Source of the DNA: an uncultured virus (IMG/VR IMGVR_UViG_3300032087_004222)
Lineage: Duplodnaviria; Heunggongvirae; Uroviricota; Caudoviricetes
IMG/VR virus record: IMGVR_UViG_3300032087_004222
DNA length: 64,000 nt
Strand: one strand, 5' to 3'
Shown here piece by piece: positions 1 through 9,686 of this stretch; position 1 is the first letter of the stretch, and each line of letters begins with the position of its first letter. The notes under the pieces were generated by a model. That model made no database searches. It was not told the DNA's origin and saw nothing but the letters and a program-made list of their open reading frames with translations. A program made the position numbers and the translations under genes.

Positions 1-649
1 TGAACCCACCCACTGAGTCCTGAGCCTTGTCGATCAGGTCGTCGTGCGTCATGGTCATCAGTGACTCGGTGTCGATCGGTATGCTCCAGCACCCTCTCTT
101 GCTGTTGTAGGAGTTGGGGATGCGGATCATCCCAGCAGTGTCGAAGGCGACAGTCGGGTCGTTGCTGTAGAGGTTGAGTTCCTTGTGCCACTTGGAGAGC
201 ACCATCCTACCCCCGTCCTTGACCCTCGTCACCTCGAACCCATTGGAGGGGGTGTAGACGGTGTCGAGTGGCACCCATACGTGGAACCCACCACCGCTGA
301 ACCATATGTAGTGCATGGTGTCCTCGGCGAGTAGGTACTGGTGCAGCCTCTTGACCTGATCGTGCATGTCCTCGAACGGGACGTCCTTACCACGCTCACG
401 GAAGTTCTTGCAGTCGAAGTCACAGACGAAGTGCCTGATGATCGGTGTGTTGTAGTCCACCCTGTGATTACGGGGTGGTGTCAGGGCACGGTACCCGTAG
501 GCAGTGAAGTAGACGTTGCCACTTCCGTTCTTTCCCCTCCAGTAGCGTTCGAGGCTATCCCAGTCCTTGACGAGCCTTCGGTATCCCTTCTGCCCGTCAG
601 AGCCTATCTCCAACACTTCCCTTGGGAAGTCCAAGGTGATGAAACCCAT
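1..649 (-). CDS. Archaeo-eukaryotic primase catalytic (small) subunit, 3'-truncated by window edge
   Basis: Open frame from ATG at 649 (MGFITLDFPREV...) runs off the window, so it is missing from the ORF track. AEP motifs: FVCDFD (DxD), WFSGGGFHVW, DTAGMIRIPNSYNSK. Confidence 0.85.
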   Translation of the reverse strand, partial: MGFITLDFPREVLEIGSDGQKGYRRLVKDWDSLERYWRGKNGSGNVYFTAYGYRALTPPRNHRVDYNTPIIRHFVCDFDCKNFRERGKDVPFEDMHDQVKRLHQYLLAEDTMHYIWFSGGGFHVWVPLDTVYTPSNGFEVTRVKDGGRMVLSKWHKELNLYSNDPTVAFDTAGMIRIPNSYNSKRGCWSIPIDTESLMTMTHDDLIDKAQDSVGGF

Positions 650-658
650 CCTACCACA

Positions 659-961
659 TCAGCGCATTAGGTTGATCTCATTCTCAACTGCCGTCAGTAC
701 TTTTCTGGTGAGAGTACCTGCCCTCTCAGGGTCAAGTGCCTGCTTGTTCAGTGTTATGTCGAAGTGGTGGACCCCGTCCACCTTGTCGATCCCCAACTCA
801 CCGTAGTCGTGCAACGTGTGTTGGTACGTCTTGAACAGGAGGAAGTCCCTCCTTCCCAGCGCACCGACGTTCACCTTGCATGACACACTAGGTGAGACGT
901 ACCTCAGCATCTCGTCAAATATGGCCATTATCGTTCTCTCTTTCTTTGTTATCTCAGTCAT
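659..961 (-). CDS. Hypothetical protein (about 100 aa)
   Basis: Start MTEITKKER at 961 overlaps the end of the nuclease gene; fits the operon tiling. Confidence 0.6.
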   Translation of the reverse strand: MTEITKKERTIMAIFDEMLRYVSPSVSCKVNVGALGRRDFLLFKTYQHTLHDYGELGIDKVDGVHHFDITLNKQALDPERAGTLTRKVLTAVENEINLMR

Positions 962-1910
962 CTTTCTCCAACTCCTCTTGGGTCCATGCGGGACAGTGTT
1001 CCATGAAATCGCACCAAACGCACTTGAAGTCATTGCGCTCAGCGGGGAAGTTCTTGTCAAGGTGGGCCTTGACTAACCTCTTGAGTCTCTTCTCGACAGT
1101 GTTCGTGGCGTACTTGGCCTTCCTGTCGCTGGTTGATTCGTAGTCCCAGTGGGGACCATCTCCATTGTTGATGCCACCACCGGGGAACTCCCACCCCCAG
1201 TGTGTGATGGGTAGGAATTCGATGTGTGGGCTGTTGTCGAGCATCATGCGGTAGAACTGCATCTCGGCTCGCATGCTCGAGGCCTTCGACCCCTTCCACT
1301 TGCCGGTCTTCAACTCCATCAGGATGTAGCCCTTCTCGCTCTCGAATATGCGGTCAATGAAGCCCCGCATGTGAATGGGCACCATCTTGCCATCGACCTC
1401 GACCGTCCTCGTGGCGTGTACCTCCGCCTCGTTCCCGACGGGGAACCAGTCGATGCCCTTGGTCGCAACGAGCCTGTCGAACTGCCAATCGACCCACTGC
1501 GTTATCTGCTCCTCCTCACCGAAGGCGTATGGCTCTGGTGGCTCGGGTATGATCGCGTGTAGTTTCTCCCTAGCGAGGTGGAGGTTGCCCTCCTCTATGT
1601 CCTCGACTATCTCGTCTATGTGGGAGGGTGCTTCCAGCCAGAAGTACTCGGTCATGTCGTGCACGTTGTTCCCACGGATGTGATGGTCCTTCTCCTCTCC
1701 CCTGAGTTTCATTATGTTCTGGAAGTAGTACTGCTTCGGACAGAAGTCGAACGTGCCGAGGCTGCTCTTCGTCACACGTAGTATGGAGTCCTCCATCTCA
1801 GGCGCCCAACCATACGTGCTCTTGGAGTACGACTCGAGCAGGTCATCGAAGGGATACTCATTCTCATTATCCCTGTGAACCTTGTCAGATCCAACGGGGT
1901 TCCATCTCAT
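954..1910 (-). CDS. Cas4/RecB-like PD-(D/E)xK exonuclease with 4-Cys Fe-S cluster
   Basis: FCPKQY near the N-terminus; RGFIDRI, ELKTG, QMQFY-like MQFY; C-terminal CVWCDFMEHC. No CRISPR array or other cas genes nearby. Confidence 0.85.
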   Translation of the reverse strand: MRWNPVGSDKVHRDNENEYPFDDLLESYSKSTYGWAPEMEDSILRVTKSSLGTFDFCPKQYYFQNIMKLRGEEKDHHIRGNNVHDMTEYFWLEAPSHIDEIVEDIEEGNLHLAREKLHAIIPEPPEPYAFGEEEQITQWVDWQFDRLVATKGIDWFPVGNEAEVHATRTVEVDGKMVPIHMRGFIDRIFESEKGYILMELKTGKWKGSKASSMRAEMQFYRMMLDNSPHIEFLPITHWGWEFPGGGINNGDGPHWDYESTSDRKAKYATNTVEKRLKRLVKAHLDKNFPAERNDFKCVWCDFMEHCPAWTQEELEKDD

Positions 1911-2095
1911 TCTGAATCACAATCCTCTATCAGTCTCTGGAGGTACACGACTGCGTCCATGAGTTCCTCCTGTAGGTAGATTAACCAAGTCTTGAAGTCG
2001 AAGTCGGTGCGCTCCATCGTCACCCCGTACTTCTCCAACCCGATCTCCGCTCTCTCCTGTATCTTCTTACAAACCTCATCCTCTATCCTTGACAT
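1907..2095 (-). CDS. Small conserved phage protein, possibly MazG-like all-alpha NTP pyrophosphohydrolase fold
   Basis: GLEKYG...WLIYLQEELMDAVVY (EExxD pattern). ATG at 2095. Confidence 0.5.
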   Translation of the reverse strand: MSRIEDEVCKKIQERAEIGLEKYGVTMERTDFDFKTWLIYLQEELMDAVVYLQRLIEDCDSE

Positions 2096-2096
2096 A

Positions 2097-2642
2097 TCAG
2101 CACCCATCCTTCACGTGTGTGTCTATGTTGAACCAACCACCCGCTGAAACAGTGGGAATGGAGTCTATCTCGTTGTCAGTGTCTATGGCACACATATTCG
2201 GGTCATCGTATCCGACTATGCTTGCTCCGATTATCACACCAACGTAGTTGTCTTCCCCATAGTTCTCTGCGTACTGAGCATAGGTCCACGTCCAGAATTC
2301 CTCCTCATCTTCAAAGCAGCAAAAACTGACTTTCTTGACGTACCATCCTTCATCATCAAGTAGCACGTCTTGGCTGAAGTCAGTGATCACATCACCATCA
2401 GGGTAGTCGATCTCGACATCCAACCATGAGCAGTCACCATCACTACCCGGTTCAGCACAGGCGAATGAGTATACCATGTACAATGTGTATCCTTCATCAT
2501 CATTGTCAAGTATGAGCAAACCTGCGAACAGGATCAGCATCACACCACCTAGTGCACCGAACTTCTGCTTGTTCGTCAATCTCTCTAGCAATCTCCCTTC
2601 AGTCTCTTCTACTGTACTTTCCTCAGTTATTTCTTCTATCAT
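2097..2642 (-). CDS. Single-pass membrane protein with acidic, Cys-containing ectodomain
   Basis: ATG at 2642 overlaps the PolB stop (TAATG). Hydrophobic FGALGGVMLILFAGLLIL. Visibly more AT-rich than its flanks. Confidence 0.7.
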   Translation of the reverse strand: MIEEITEESTVEETEGRLLERLTNKQKFGALGGVMLILFAGLLILDNDDEGYTLYMVYSFACAEPGSDGDCSWLDVEIDYPDGDVITDFSQDVLLDDEGWYVKKVSFCCFEDEEEFWTWTYAQYAENYGEDNYVGVIIGASIVGYDDPNMCAIDTDNEIDSIPTVSAGGWFNIDTHVKDGC

Positions 2643-5023
2643 TACCAATACACCTCCGGCACTGGGGCACCCGACGCCGTGTCCAGATTCCAACCCATGG
2701 TCTCGTAGATGTTCTTCAGTTTGGCCCGAATCATCTTCTCCACTATGGTGTCGTAGTCAAGCGTGAAGTCGTCTAACTCAGAGGTCTCCCTGAACGCTAC
2801 CACGTTGGCGTCGAATGTCTTGTGTGCTACTCTCACTGTGTTGCTCATCCCCTCTGGGACCGCCTTCACGAATACCCATTGGGCCCCGTCTCCGGGTCTG
2901 AAGGGCTCATCGGGATCTAAATTGTCATTGTAGTACTTCGCTGCCCTGACGGGTAGGGGCACGTTGGCCTTGTACTTGGCGAATTTGTTCTTGATGCGAC
3001 CGTATGGGCTCAGTTCCTCGATGGGGATCTCACCGTTCTTCACTGCTAGTGATATCGGTCGGATGGCGTCGTTCACCTCGTCCTCATCGGCGCCCATCCC
3101 CACCAACTGCATGGCGGTCTCCTGCACCCTCTTGCTGATCGGCGCTGAGTTCGCTGCCTTGATCTCGAACCCGGATATCTTCATCTTCCCCTTGTCCGAC
3201 TCCGGCCAAGTCTTGATTCCGAAGTAGCGGTTCTTGGTGCTGGCCGTCATCCAGTAGTCGAAGTACGCCTCGAGTTCCACGTCCATGAAGGGCATGTCCA
3301 ACTGCTCCTGCGCTTGGGTGGTCAGGTGCTTGGCTAGGTTCTCGGCCTCCTCGAACGGCACCTGTATGAAAGCCGAGTCAGTGTGGCCATAGAGGCCACG
3401 GTACCCCATCTTCTCGCTCTCGGCCAGAAGGAACTTGATGCTCTCACGACCCATGTACGTGATGGTGCGACCGATGTCCAAGTCGGACCACATGCCCCCT
3501 ATCTTGTTCATGGACACCATGCCATAGAGTGCGTTGACAGCGACCTTGGTGGCGGTCTGCAGCATGTCGAAGCCCAGTCTCTCATTGTCATCGGTGGCCT
3601 CGTACATCTTCCTCTTGTACTCCTTTCGCAGTGCGAGCATCTCCTCGACTACGCTGGGGAGCAGTCCCTTCCTTGACTGGTCCCAGTGGGTGTTGTTTCC
3701 CGGTGACTTGATATTATCACCAGCGTTTTTCATCTTGGTCTCCCAAGACAGATTGAGTGAGCGGATGATGTTCGGGTAGAGGGAGGCGTAGTCAACGAGC
3801 GCCACCCCCTCATGACGACCCGCAACGGGGTCTGGAATGTAAGCGGCCTGTAGGTCCTCACGGCTCTGTGCCCGTGACGACGGTGCCTTGTAGTGGGTCC
3901 TCCTCGCTATGAGTCCACGGAAGTACCTCGTGACCCTGAAGGTGCTCCCGAAGTTGACGCCGCACAGTTTCATCATGGCGACGTGGAACTCAGTGGCGTG
4001 TAGTTTCTGATCTACGTCCCTGAGCAAAGTAGTGTCGACCAGACAGTAGTCGACGAACTCGTCGAAGTAGTCGTACCAACCGTTGTGGACGGTCATCCCC
4101 TCCACCCTGTTGGTGAGTTTCTCGCCGAGTTCCAGTTTCTGTGCGACCCAGTCGAGTTTGCGGCTGGACATCTGTCCCCTGCCTGACTTCTGCCAGATGG
4201 ACTCGAAGCCGCTGCCCGTCATGCCACGCGCTGCGCTGTCGTACACGATCCTACCCTTGATGGGCTGGGCCGTGTCGTCGTAGCCTTCGTTGCCCCTCGG
4301 TCTAATGATCTGGTTGATGGGGCTGAGTCTGGCTGGGTCCTCCATCCTCCTCATCATGTGTGGGATGTCAGCCCAGTTGCTGGCGTGAGCCACGAGGATG
4401 TCCGGGTTGCGATCCTCAAGGTAGTTCAGGAACGCATCGTGCGTGGAGTGCTCGTCCTCGCACAGGTGCAGCATGTACCCACCCTCACGATCCACCCACA
4501 CGTCCTTGGGCGCCCTCCCATCCTTCCAAGCGAAGACGTGGGGGAACTCGTCCTGATTGTCGACTACTGCCATGACGGTAGTAAAGTCCTCCCTTGGGTC
4601 CCACTCGAGGTCGAAGTACCATATCCTCGGGTGGAACTCAGGTATTCCCTCCGGGTAGTTCTGTATGATGAAGCAGTCGTTGAAGTTCAGGTCCGCCTCG
4701 TACGTGCTGTTCAACTCGTCCTTGATGTCCCATAGATTCCCCGGCTTGGGTGTCGATAGTTTCATCAGGGAAGTACCGTCTATGCCCTCAGCCCTCTCAC
4801 TCGGGTGGAACACGGTACCGGGGTACCTCCTCACGATCCGTGACTGCGTCCTCTCTGGGAGGTTGCTCGGAACCCAACAGAACGGCGTCATGTAGTCATC
4901 GTCGTCTGGCCCTATGATGCGCTCATGCAGGACGCCGTCCGCTCCACGTGTGCGCACGTAGATCAGAGGGTCGTCCTCCATGGCGTTGTTCGGGTAGAAC
5001 CAGTCGACGATCACATCAATCAC
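2642..5023 (-). CDS. polB: Family B DNA polymerase
   Basis: ExoI YFDLEW, ExoIII DYCLVD; polymerase motifs DYASLYPNII, KVAVNALYG, YGHTDS, KNRYFG, ISGFEI. No intein. Confidence 0.97.
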   Translation of the reverse strand: MIDVIVDWFYPNNAMEDDPLIYVRTRGADGVLHERIIGPDDDDYMTPFCWVPSNLPERTQSRIVRRYPGTVFHPSERAEGIDGTSLMKLSTPKPGNLWDIKDELNSTYEADLNFNDCFIIQNYPEGIPEFHPRIWYFDLEWDPREDFTTVMAVVDNQDEFPHVFAWKDGRAPKDVWVDREGGYMLHLCEDEHSTHDAFLNYLEDRNPDILVAHASNWADIPHMMRRMEDPARLSPINQIIRPRGNEGYDDTAQPIKGRIVYDSAARGMTGSGFESIWQKSGRGQMSSRKLDWVAQKLELGEKLTNRVEGMTVHNGWYDYFDEFVDYCLVDTTLLRDVDQKLHATEFHVAMMKLCGVNFGSTFRVTRYFRGLIARRTHYKAPSSRAQSREDLQAAYIPDPVAGRHEGVALVDYASLYPNIIRSLNLSWETKMKNAGDNIKSPGNNTHWDQSRKGLLPSVVEEMLALRKEYKRKMYEATDDNERLGFDMLQTATKVAVNALYGMVSMNKIGGMWSDLDIGRTITYMGRESIKFLLAESEKMGYRGLYGHTDSAFIQVPFEEAENLAKHLTTQAQEQLDMPFMDVELEAYFDYWMTASTKNRYFGIKTWPESDKGKMKISGFEIKAANSAPISKRVQETAMQLVGMGADEDEVNDAIRPISLAVKNGEIPIEELSPYGRIKNKFAKYKANVPLPVRAAKYYNDNLDPDEPFRPGDGAQWVFVKAVPEGMSNTVRVAHKTFDANVVAFRETSELDDFTLDYDTIVEKMIRAKLKNIYETMGWNLDTASGAPVPEVYW

Positions 5024-5784
5024 TCCTTCTGGTCCACGATGATGAGGAGGTCGGCATTCTGCTCGATGATGAGCACGGACCCCTCACCGAAGTGGATGGT
5101 GGCCGTGTCATCTGCGAGTAGGTTGACGCACTCCATGAACCATGATCCGAACGTGCTGCCTATCGTGGCGTTCGGGCCCTGTGGGTTCTGTAGTTCCGTC
5201 GTGAAGAACAGTCGTGGTGTGTGCTTCTTGCCAGCCTGCACGGAGAACTCCCTCTCCTCTGCGTTGACCATGACCTTGAACACGGGAGCCCCAATGACCC
5301 CCTTCATGCCACCTACGCTCTTGAGATCCCGAGCGTCGATTTCACCATGTACTTCCAAGAGCGTTTCTCTTGAGGTGCCTGTCATCCACGTCGTCCACAT
5401 CGAGTCACTTGACTTGGCGACGATCTTCTGCACGAGTGGGGTCTTGCTGTGGCTCACTATGCTGTCTGGTGTGGGCAACTGCAGTTTCATGCTCCCTGCG
5501 TTGACATAGAGCAACTTGCCGCTCCCTGTCTGCTTGAGGGTTATCTGACCCGCCTTCGCCTTCTTGCAGAAGAGTATGAACTTGGCCGTGTCGCCTATGT
5601 CTATCGTACCCTCCTTGGCGATGCACGAGGCATCGACCACCAGTGATCGTCTGAGGTAGTGCGTTGAGAACCCCACCTGACCGGTGATGCGAGTCCCTGC
5701 GACCTCAAGCCGCAAGTCCTCGACATCGCCGAATCCTGTGACGAAACCAAGCAGTTCCTTCTTGTCAAGTGATACTTCTGTCAT
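5020..5784 (-). CDS. PCNA-like DNA sliding clamp
   Basis: 254 aa, beta-rich pattern, located between PolB and RFC-associated genes. Divergent, so the call rests on size and context. Confidence 0.6.
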   Translation of the reverse strand: MTEVSLDKKELLGFVTGFGDVEDLRLEVAGTRITGQVGFSTHYLRRSLVVDASCIAKEGTIDIGDTAKFILFCKKAKAGQITLKQTGSGKLLYVNAGSMKLQLPTPDSIVSHSKTPLVQKIVAKSSDSMWTTWMTGTSRETLLEVHGEIDARDLKSVGGMKGVIGAPVFKVMVNAEEREFSVQAGKKHTPRLFFTTELQNPQGPNATIGSTFGSWFMECVNLLADDTATIHFGEGSVLIIEQNADLLIIVDQKE

Positions 5785-6765
5785 CTAAAGACTTCCATCA
5801 GTAAGTTCTGGAAGGCCTATCCATCGGGCAGGCTTGCCTGCCTCTGTGACTAGGATGGTCCTTCGCTGTCCCTGTAGTTCAGCGTTCGTCTTGCTCTTGT
5901 CGAAGGTGACAGTGAACTCGCTTCGTATGATGTCCCTTCGCTCGTCGTCGTAGATGTCATTCCTCTCGCACATGAGTATCTGGTAGACGTAGTTGTTCGT
6001 GGCCTTCTCACAGTCAGGCCTCCACTTCGCCGTCTCCTCGTTCTTCCCGAACGAGTAGTTCGTCATGCGCAGGTGCGTCTCCCAGAACACGTTGACGCCA
6101 GCCTTGACCAGAGCCCTCGACAGGGCGGTCAGTTGGTGGAACCGGGTCTTTCTTATCGCCCAATCCCACTGATGGCCCACCTTGACGTTCCAGTCGGCGC
6201 TTTCGATTCCATCACGGGCTAGGTTGAGATCGATTATCCGCATGTTGTTGACACAGACACCATCCCAGAGATCAACACCAGTGACGTGTATTCCCCAGAG
6301 TCTCTCACCAGTATAATCAGGAGCGTTCTGTTTCCTCGCTATGTCCACTGCGAACTGCATGATCTTCATCACACGGTCGTGGGTACCGGGGTAGTCGTAG
6401 GCCGTCCTGTCTCCCTGCTGCATGACCCAAGGGTCCCAGCATCGGATCTGGTCGTTGTTGGCATGGAAGGCCGATGCCGTCCCTGCTCCACCACCATCGA
6501 AGTCCAGTATCCACAGTTGTCCCTCAGTGTCGCTCTTGCTGAAGGCATCGAGAACGATGGCTGTCTTGCCGGTGTTCTCATGTCCTGCGATCAAGGCGAA
6601 CAGGGTGCTCTTCGGCTGCTGCTGGTGCAGCAGTCCCAACTCTGCGCGTAGGTCCGCGAACGGGTCAATCGTCTTCTTGGCCTTGGCCTTGGTAGGAGTA
6701 CTAACGGGTGGGAGTTCCTCCTCCCTGTCCTCCTGCATCTTCTTCGCTGCTCCGAAACCAGCCAT
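5785..6765 (-). CDS. RecA/RadA-superfamily (Sak4-like) P-loop ATPase
   Basis: Walker A GHENTGKT followed by WILDFDGG; lies in the replication operon. Confidence 0.7.
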   Translation of the reverse strand: MAGFGAAKKMQEDREEELPPVSTPTKAKAKKTIDPFADLRAELGLLHQQQPKSTLFALIAGHENTGKTAIVLDAFSKSDTEGQLWILDFDGGGAGTASAFHANNDQIRCWDPWVMQQGDRTAYDYPGTHDRVMKIMQFAVDIARKQNAPDYTGERLWGIHVTGVDLWDGVCVNNMRIIDLNLARDGIESADWNVKVGHQWDWAIRKTRFHQLTALSRALVKAGVNVFWETHLRMTNYSFGKNEETAKWRPDCEKATNNYVYQILMCERNDIYDDERRDIIRSEFTVTFDKSKTNAELQGQRRTILVTEAGKPARWIGLPELTDGSL

Positions 6766-6974
6766 CAGCCCTGTCCTCCACTTGCCTTGTTCAGTGCCTC
6801 TATGTCCCGTAGGAGTGCTTGACCTGCGCTCAACACAGTGTTGGCGTACGTCTCGAGTAGCCTCTGTGTCAACTGCATCTTAGCCAGTTGCTGCTCCAAC
6901 GCGGGGACCATCTCGGCCTTCGCTCTCAGTTCGTCGTTCTCTTTCTTTATGTCTGCCAGTGTTTTCTTTGCCAT
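6765..6974 (-). CDS. Small coiled-coil protein
   Basis: 69 aa, GAGGTGA RBS upstream, coupled to the next gene. Confidence 0.6.
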   Translation of the reverse strand: MAKKTLADIKKENDELRAKAEMVPALEQQLAKMQLTQRLLETYANTVLSAGQALLRDIEALNKASGGQG

Positions 6975-6985
6975 TCTTGTTCACC

Positions 6986-8332
6986 TCACTCGAATTGCTC
7001 CCTGCCGGTGTTGCCACCGCCCACACGGGGTCTCACCCTGCGTGGATCGGCGTACACACCGAAGACGTTCATCTTGGGGAGTTTCTCTCCGTCTACGACG
7101 GACATGCCTATTCGCCCTACGATGAGGACGGTGGACTTCTCAGCCCACTCTATGTGACCATCGTCCTTTCTTGCGACGAATGGGTCGGTCGAGTCGTAGC
7201 AGGCACCGCTCACCCAGCAGGTGACCTCGGAGCCACGGCCTTGACCGTGCATGCTCTGGAGCCCGATGCTCGTGAGGTTGAGCGAGAAGTTTCTTCCTGT
7301 CTGGTCGTACTCGCTCTCCCTTGGTTCGGTGCTTAGCCTGTTGACGGTGCCCTTCGTTATCACGATGGGACCAGCCCTACCTTGCTCTCCGTTGATCTCG
7401 AAAGACCTGCTACCGGACTCGTAGGCCTCTGCGAGGTCCTCCAGTGGTACGAAGTACTCGTGGAAGTCCGCGCTTGTCATGAATCTGGATGGGTGTAGGA
7501 ACCTCCTCTCAGCCTCGCCGACGAAATCGTCGGTGTACTTGATGGAGTCCTCGAATCCCATGGACACACCGAGCACGTCCTTGAAGGCCTCCGGTGCGTT
7601 CTCGTTCGGTGGCCTGACGTAGATTCTACAGGGCTCGCCGATCTTTACTTTCATGTCAACAGTATCTCCGACGCAGTCGATCCTCCACATCTGGATGTTG
7701 CTCTCGAACTTGCTCTCGTCGTTGCCGAGGAAGAAGAAGTGCCTCCCCATGAGAGTGGGTGGCATTGGCCTTCCGGTGGCTGATCCGAGGAGACAGATGT
7801 AGTCTCCGTCCGCCATGAATCCCATGGACGGTGCGGCGTCGACTGGCTCTAGTGTGTCGATGACGCCGTTGACGGTCTCGATGACCCACTGCTCGCCCTT
7901 CTTCTGGTAGACGCCTATCCTGCCGCTGCCTATGGCTTGGTTGGGATCGAGGGTGTAGTCCCTCTTGGCCCTGCCGACCATCCTCTCCCTTCTGTCCCTC
8001 TTGGTCCCGTCGACTCCTATGAAGCAGCCAACGAAGCATGTCGTGTTCGCTCCACCTGAGACGGTGCTCCTGCGTAGTTGTACGAAGCACTGCTCTGCCC
8101 AGTCGATGAGGAGGTCCTCGTCCTCGTCCTGCCAGTTCTCGCAGCCGTAGTCGTCCTTGATGCTGTCGAGGAAGAACTTCGTCACTTCCTCCACGGAGTC
8201 GCCCGTCCTCTCAGCATGCTTCTCAATCCTGATCTGCACACCCTTTGGCATCGACGGCTCCTTGGCTGTCTTCATTCCGAAGCCCTTCGGGGCCTCTTCG
8301 CTTTCGTTCTCGTATTCATATTCTTCAGTCAA
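6986..8332 (-). CDS. Probable RPA/SSB-like OB-fold ssDNA-binding protein
   Basis: 448-aa beta-rich protein between RFC and the ATPase. TTG start after a GGAG RBS. Function inferred from context. Confidence 0.5.
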   Translation of the reverse strand: MTEEYEYENESEEAPKGFGMKTAKEPSMPKGVQIRIEKHAERTGDSVEEVTKFFLDSIKDDYGCENWQDEDEDLLIDWAEQCFVQLRRSTVSGGANTTCFVGCFIGVDGTKRDRRERMVGRAKRDYTLDPNQAIGSGRIGVYQKKGEQWVIETVNGVIDTLEPVDAAPSMGFMADGDYICLLGSATGRPMPPTLMGRHFFFLGNDESKFESNIQMWRIDCVGDTVDMKVKIGEPCRIYVRPPNENAPEAFKDVLGVSMGFEDSIKYTDDFVGEAERRFLHPSRFMTSADFHEYFVPLEDLAEAYESGSRSFEINGEQGRAGPIVITKGTVNRLSTEPRESEYDQTGRNFSLNLTSIGLQSMHGQGRGSEVTCWVSGACYDSTDPFVARKDDGHIEWAEKSTVLIVGRIGMSVVDGEKLPKMNVFGVYADPRRVRPRVGGGNTGREQFE

Positions 8333-8333
8333 T

Positions 8334-9284
8334 TTATTTCAACTCCTTTCTTAATTTCGCTACAAAGCAATCCACGAACGAATAACTGTTGTCAGGCCAT
8401 TCGTGAATGCGAATCATCATGTCTGAGTAGACTGCGAGTATGTCCCACAGTCTGTTGGAGTCCTCCCCTATGTCGAAGAAGGACGATATGTTCTGGTAGA
8501 ATGACTGCATGACCATCGTCCTGCTGCTACCCGCGTCGAGGGCCTTGTGCAGGCTGACTCTCATCTCCAACCACTCGTCGACCAGTGAAGACACTGCGGC
8601 GTCTGCCACCATGTCGATGTCCTTGCACCTCTCAGTGAGGGCATTGGCGTCTTTCTTCAGTGACTGAAGTACGTTGACGCAGCCTCGGAGGTCACCGTTC
8701 TTGATTCGTACGAGCCGTGGGAAGTCATCCCTCCATGCGTTGATGAGCGTCTCATCCAGCCCTACGACACTACAGACGTTCTCTAGGTGCCTCGCCCCCT
8801 GCTTGGGGGTCAGCGGCTTGAAGTCGTATATGCTGCACCTGCTCTTGATGGCTGGCCTGATCTTGTCAGCCCTGTTGGCCGTGAGTATGAACATGCAGTT
8901 GTCGGAGAAGTTCTCTATGATCTGACGCATGGCGTCCTGTGCTGCGGGTGTGAGGCCGTCCGCCTCGTCCAGCAGAACGACCCTCCTGTCCGCGCCGATT
9001 GGTCTCGTGCCAGCGAAGGTCTTCAACTCCCCTCGTATGGAGTCGATGCCCCTATCGTCACTCGCATTGGTCTCCAAGTAGTTGACCGGGTCGAAGAACT
9101 CGCCCAGCACCAAACGTGCGACGACCCTCGCCGAGGTCGTCTTCCCCACACCGGGTGGCCCGACGAACAACAGGGCACTGGGCCACACATCGAGGTCGTG
9201 CCACTTCGTTGCGTCTTCGACGAACTCCTCCTGTCCCACTATCTGACTCAGGCTCCTCGGCCTCGCTTTTTCATTCCACTGCAT
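8334..9284 (-). CDS. rfcS: Replication factor C small subunit (clamp loader)
   Basis: WNEKARP, GPPGVGKT, ETNASDDRGID, LLDEAD, AIKSRC, GDLR. Confidence 0.95.
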   Translation of the reverse strand: MQWNEKARPRSLSQIVGQEEFVEDATKWHDLDVWPSALLFVGPPGVGKTTSARVVARLVLGEFFDPVNYLETNASDDRGIDSIRGELKTFAGTRPIGADRRVVLLDEADGLTPAAQDAMRQIIENFSDNCMFILTANRADKIRPAIKSRCSIYDFKPLTPKQGARHLENVCSVVGLDETLINAWRDDFPRLVRIKNGDLRGCVNVLQSLKKDANALTERCKDIDMVADAAVSSLVDEWLEMRVSLHKALDAGSSRTMVMQSFYQNISSFFDIGEDSNRLWDILAVYSDMMIRIHEWPDNSYSFVDCFVAKLRKELK

Positions 9285-9300
9285 CAATATCCCTTCTTTA

Positions 9301-9317
9301 CTCCTTTAAGTATGATT
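9301..9317 (-). promoter_or_regulatory. 17-bp early promoter-like repeat, copy 1 (AATCATACTTAAAGGAG)
   Basis: Exact match, upstream of rfcS. Confidence 0.75.
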
Positions 9318-9686
9318 CTCGAATTCCTCTGCCCAAGAGACGAACGCGTCGAAGTCCGTGGGCATGGGGTTGTCCCTACACCAGAGGAACAGGTCCAACT
9401 TGTTCTCGTCACGAAGGTGTGGCCTAACACCTGACTTGATAAAGAGCACGTTAAATTTGAGAATATCCTCCTCCTCATAGTACGTTTCGAGAAGTGGTAT
9501 CCCGAACTTGTCCAACTCGTCCTCGATGAGTTCCAACAGGTCCTGCCTGTCATGCTTGAACAGCGTCTTCCACCAGATGTACTTCCTGAGCCTGAAGCCC
9601 ATGTCGTTGCTCCCTGTCCTCGTCACGCTGACATGGAACCTGATGTCGGACACGATGAAGCCCAAGGCATACGACCACTCGTCCAT
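9306..9686 (-). CDS. Degenerate single-motif LAGLIDADG-like protein
   Basis: N-terminal YALGFIVSDIRFHVSV followed by beta strands resembles YLAGFxDGDG(S)F but lacks the GDG. Its TAA stop lies inside the 17-bp repeat. Confidence 0.4.
   Translation of the reverse strand: MDEWSYALGFIVSDIRFHVSVTRTGSNDMGFRLRKYIWWKTLFKHDRQDLLELIEDELDKFGIPLLETYYEEEDILKFNVLFIKSGVRPHLRDENKLDLFLWCRDNPMPTDFDAFVSWAEEFENHT

Noticed and set aside
2642..5023. Inteins in PolB (TerL and the helicase were also checked)
   Set aside because: Lengths are normal, with no C/S...HN-C/S/T insertion or embedded endonuclease.
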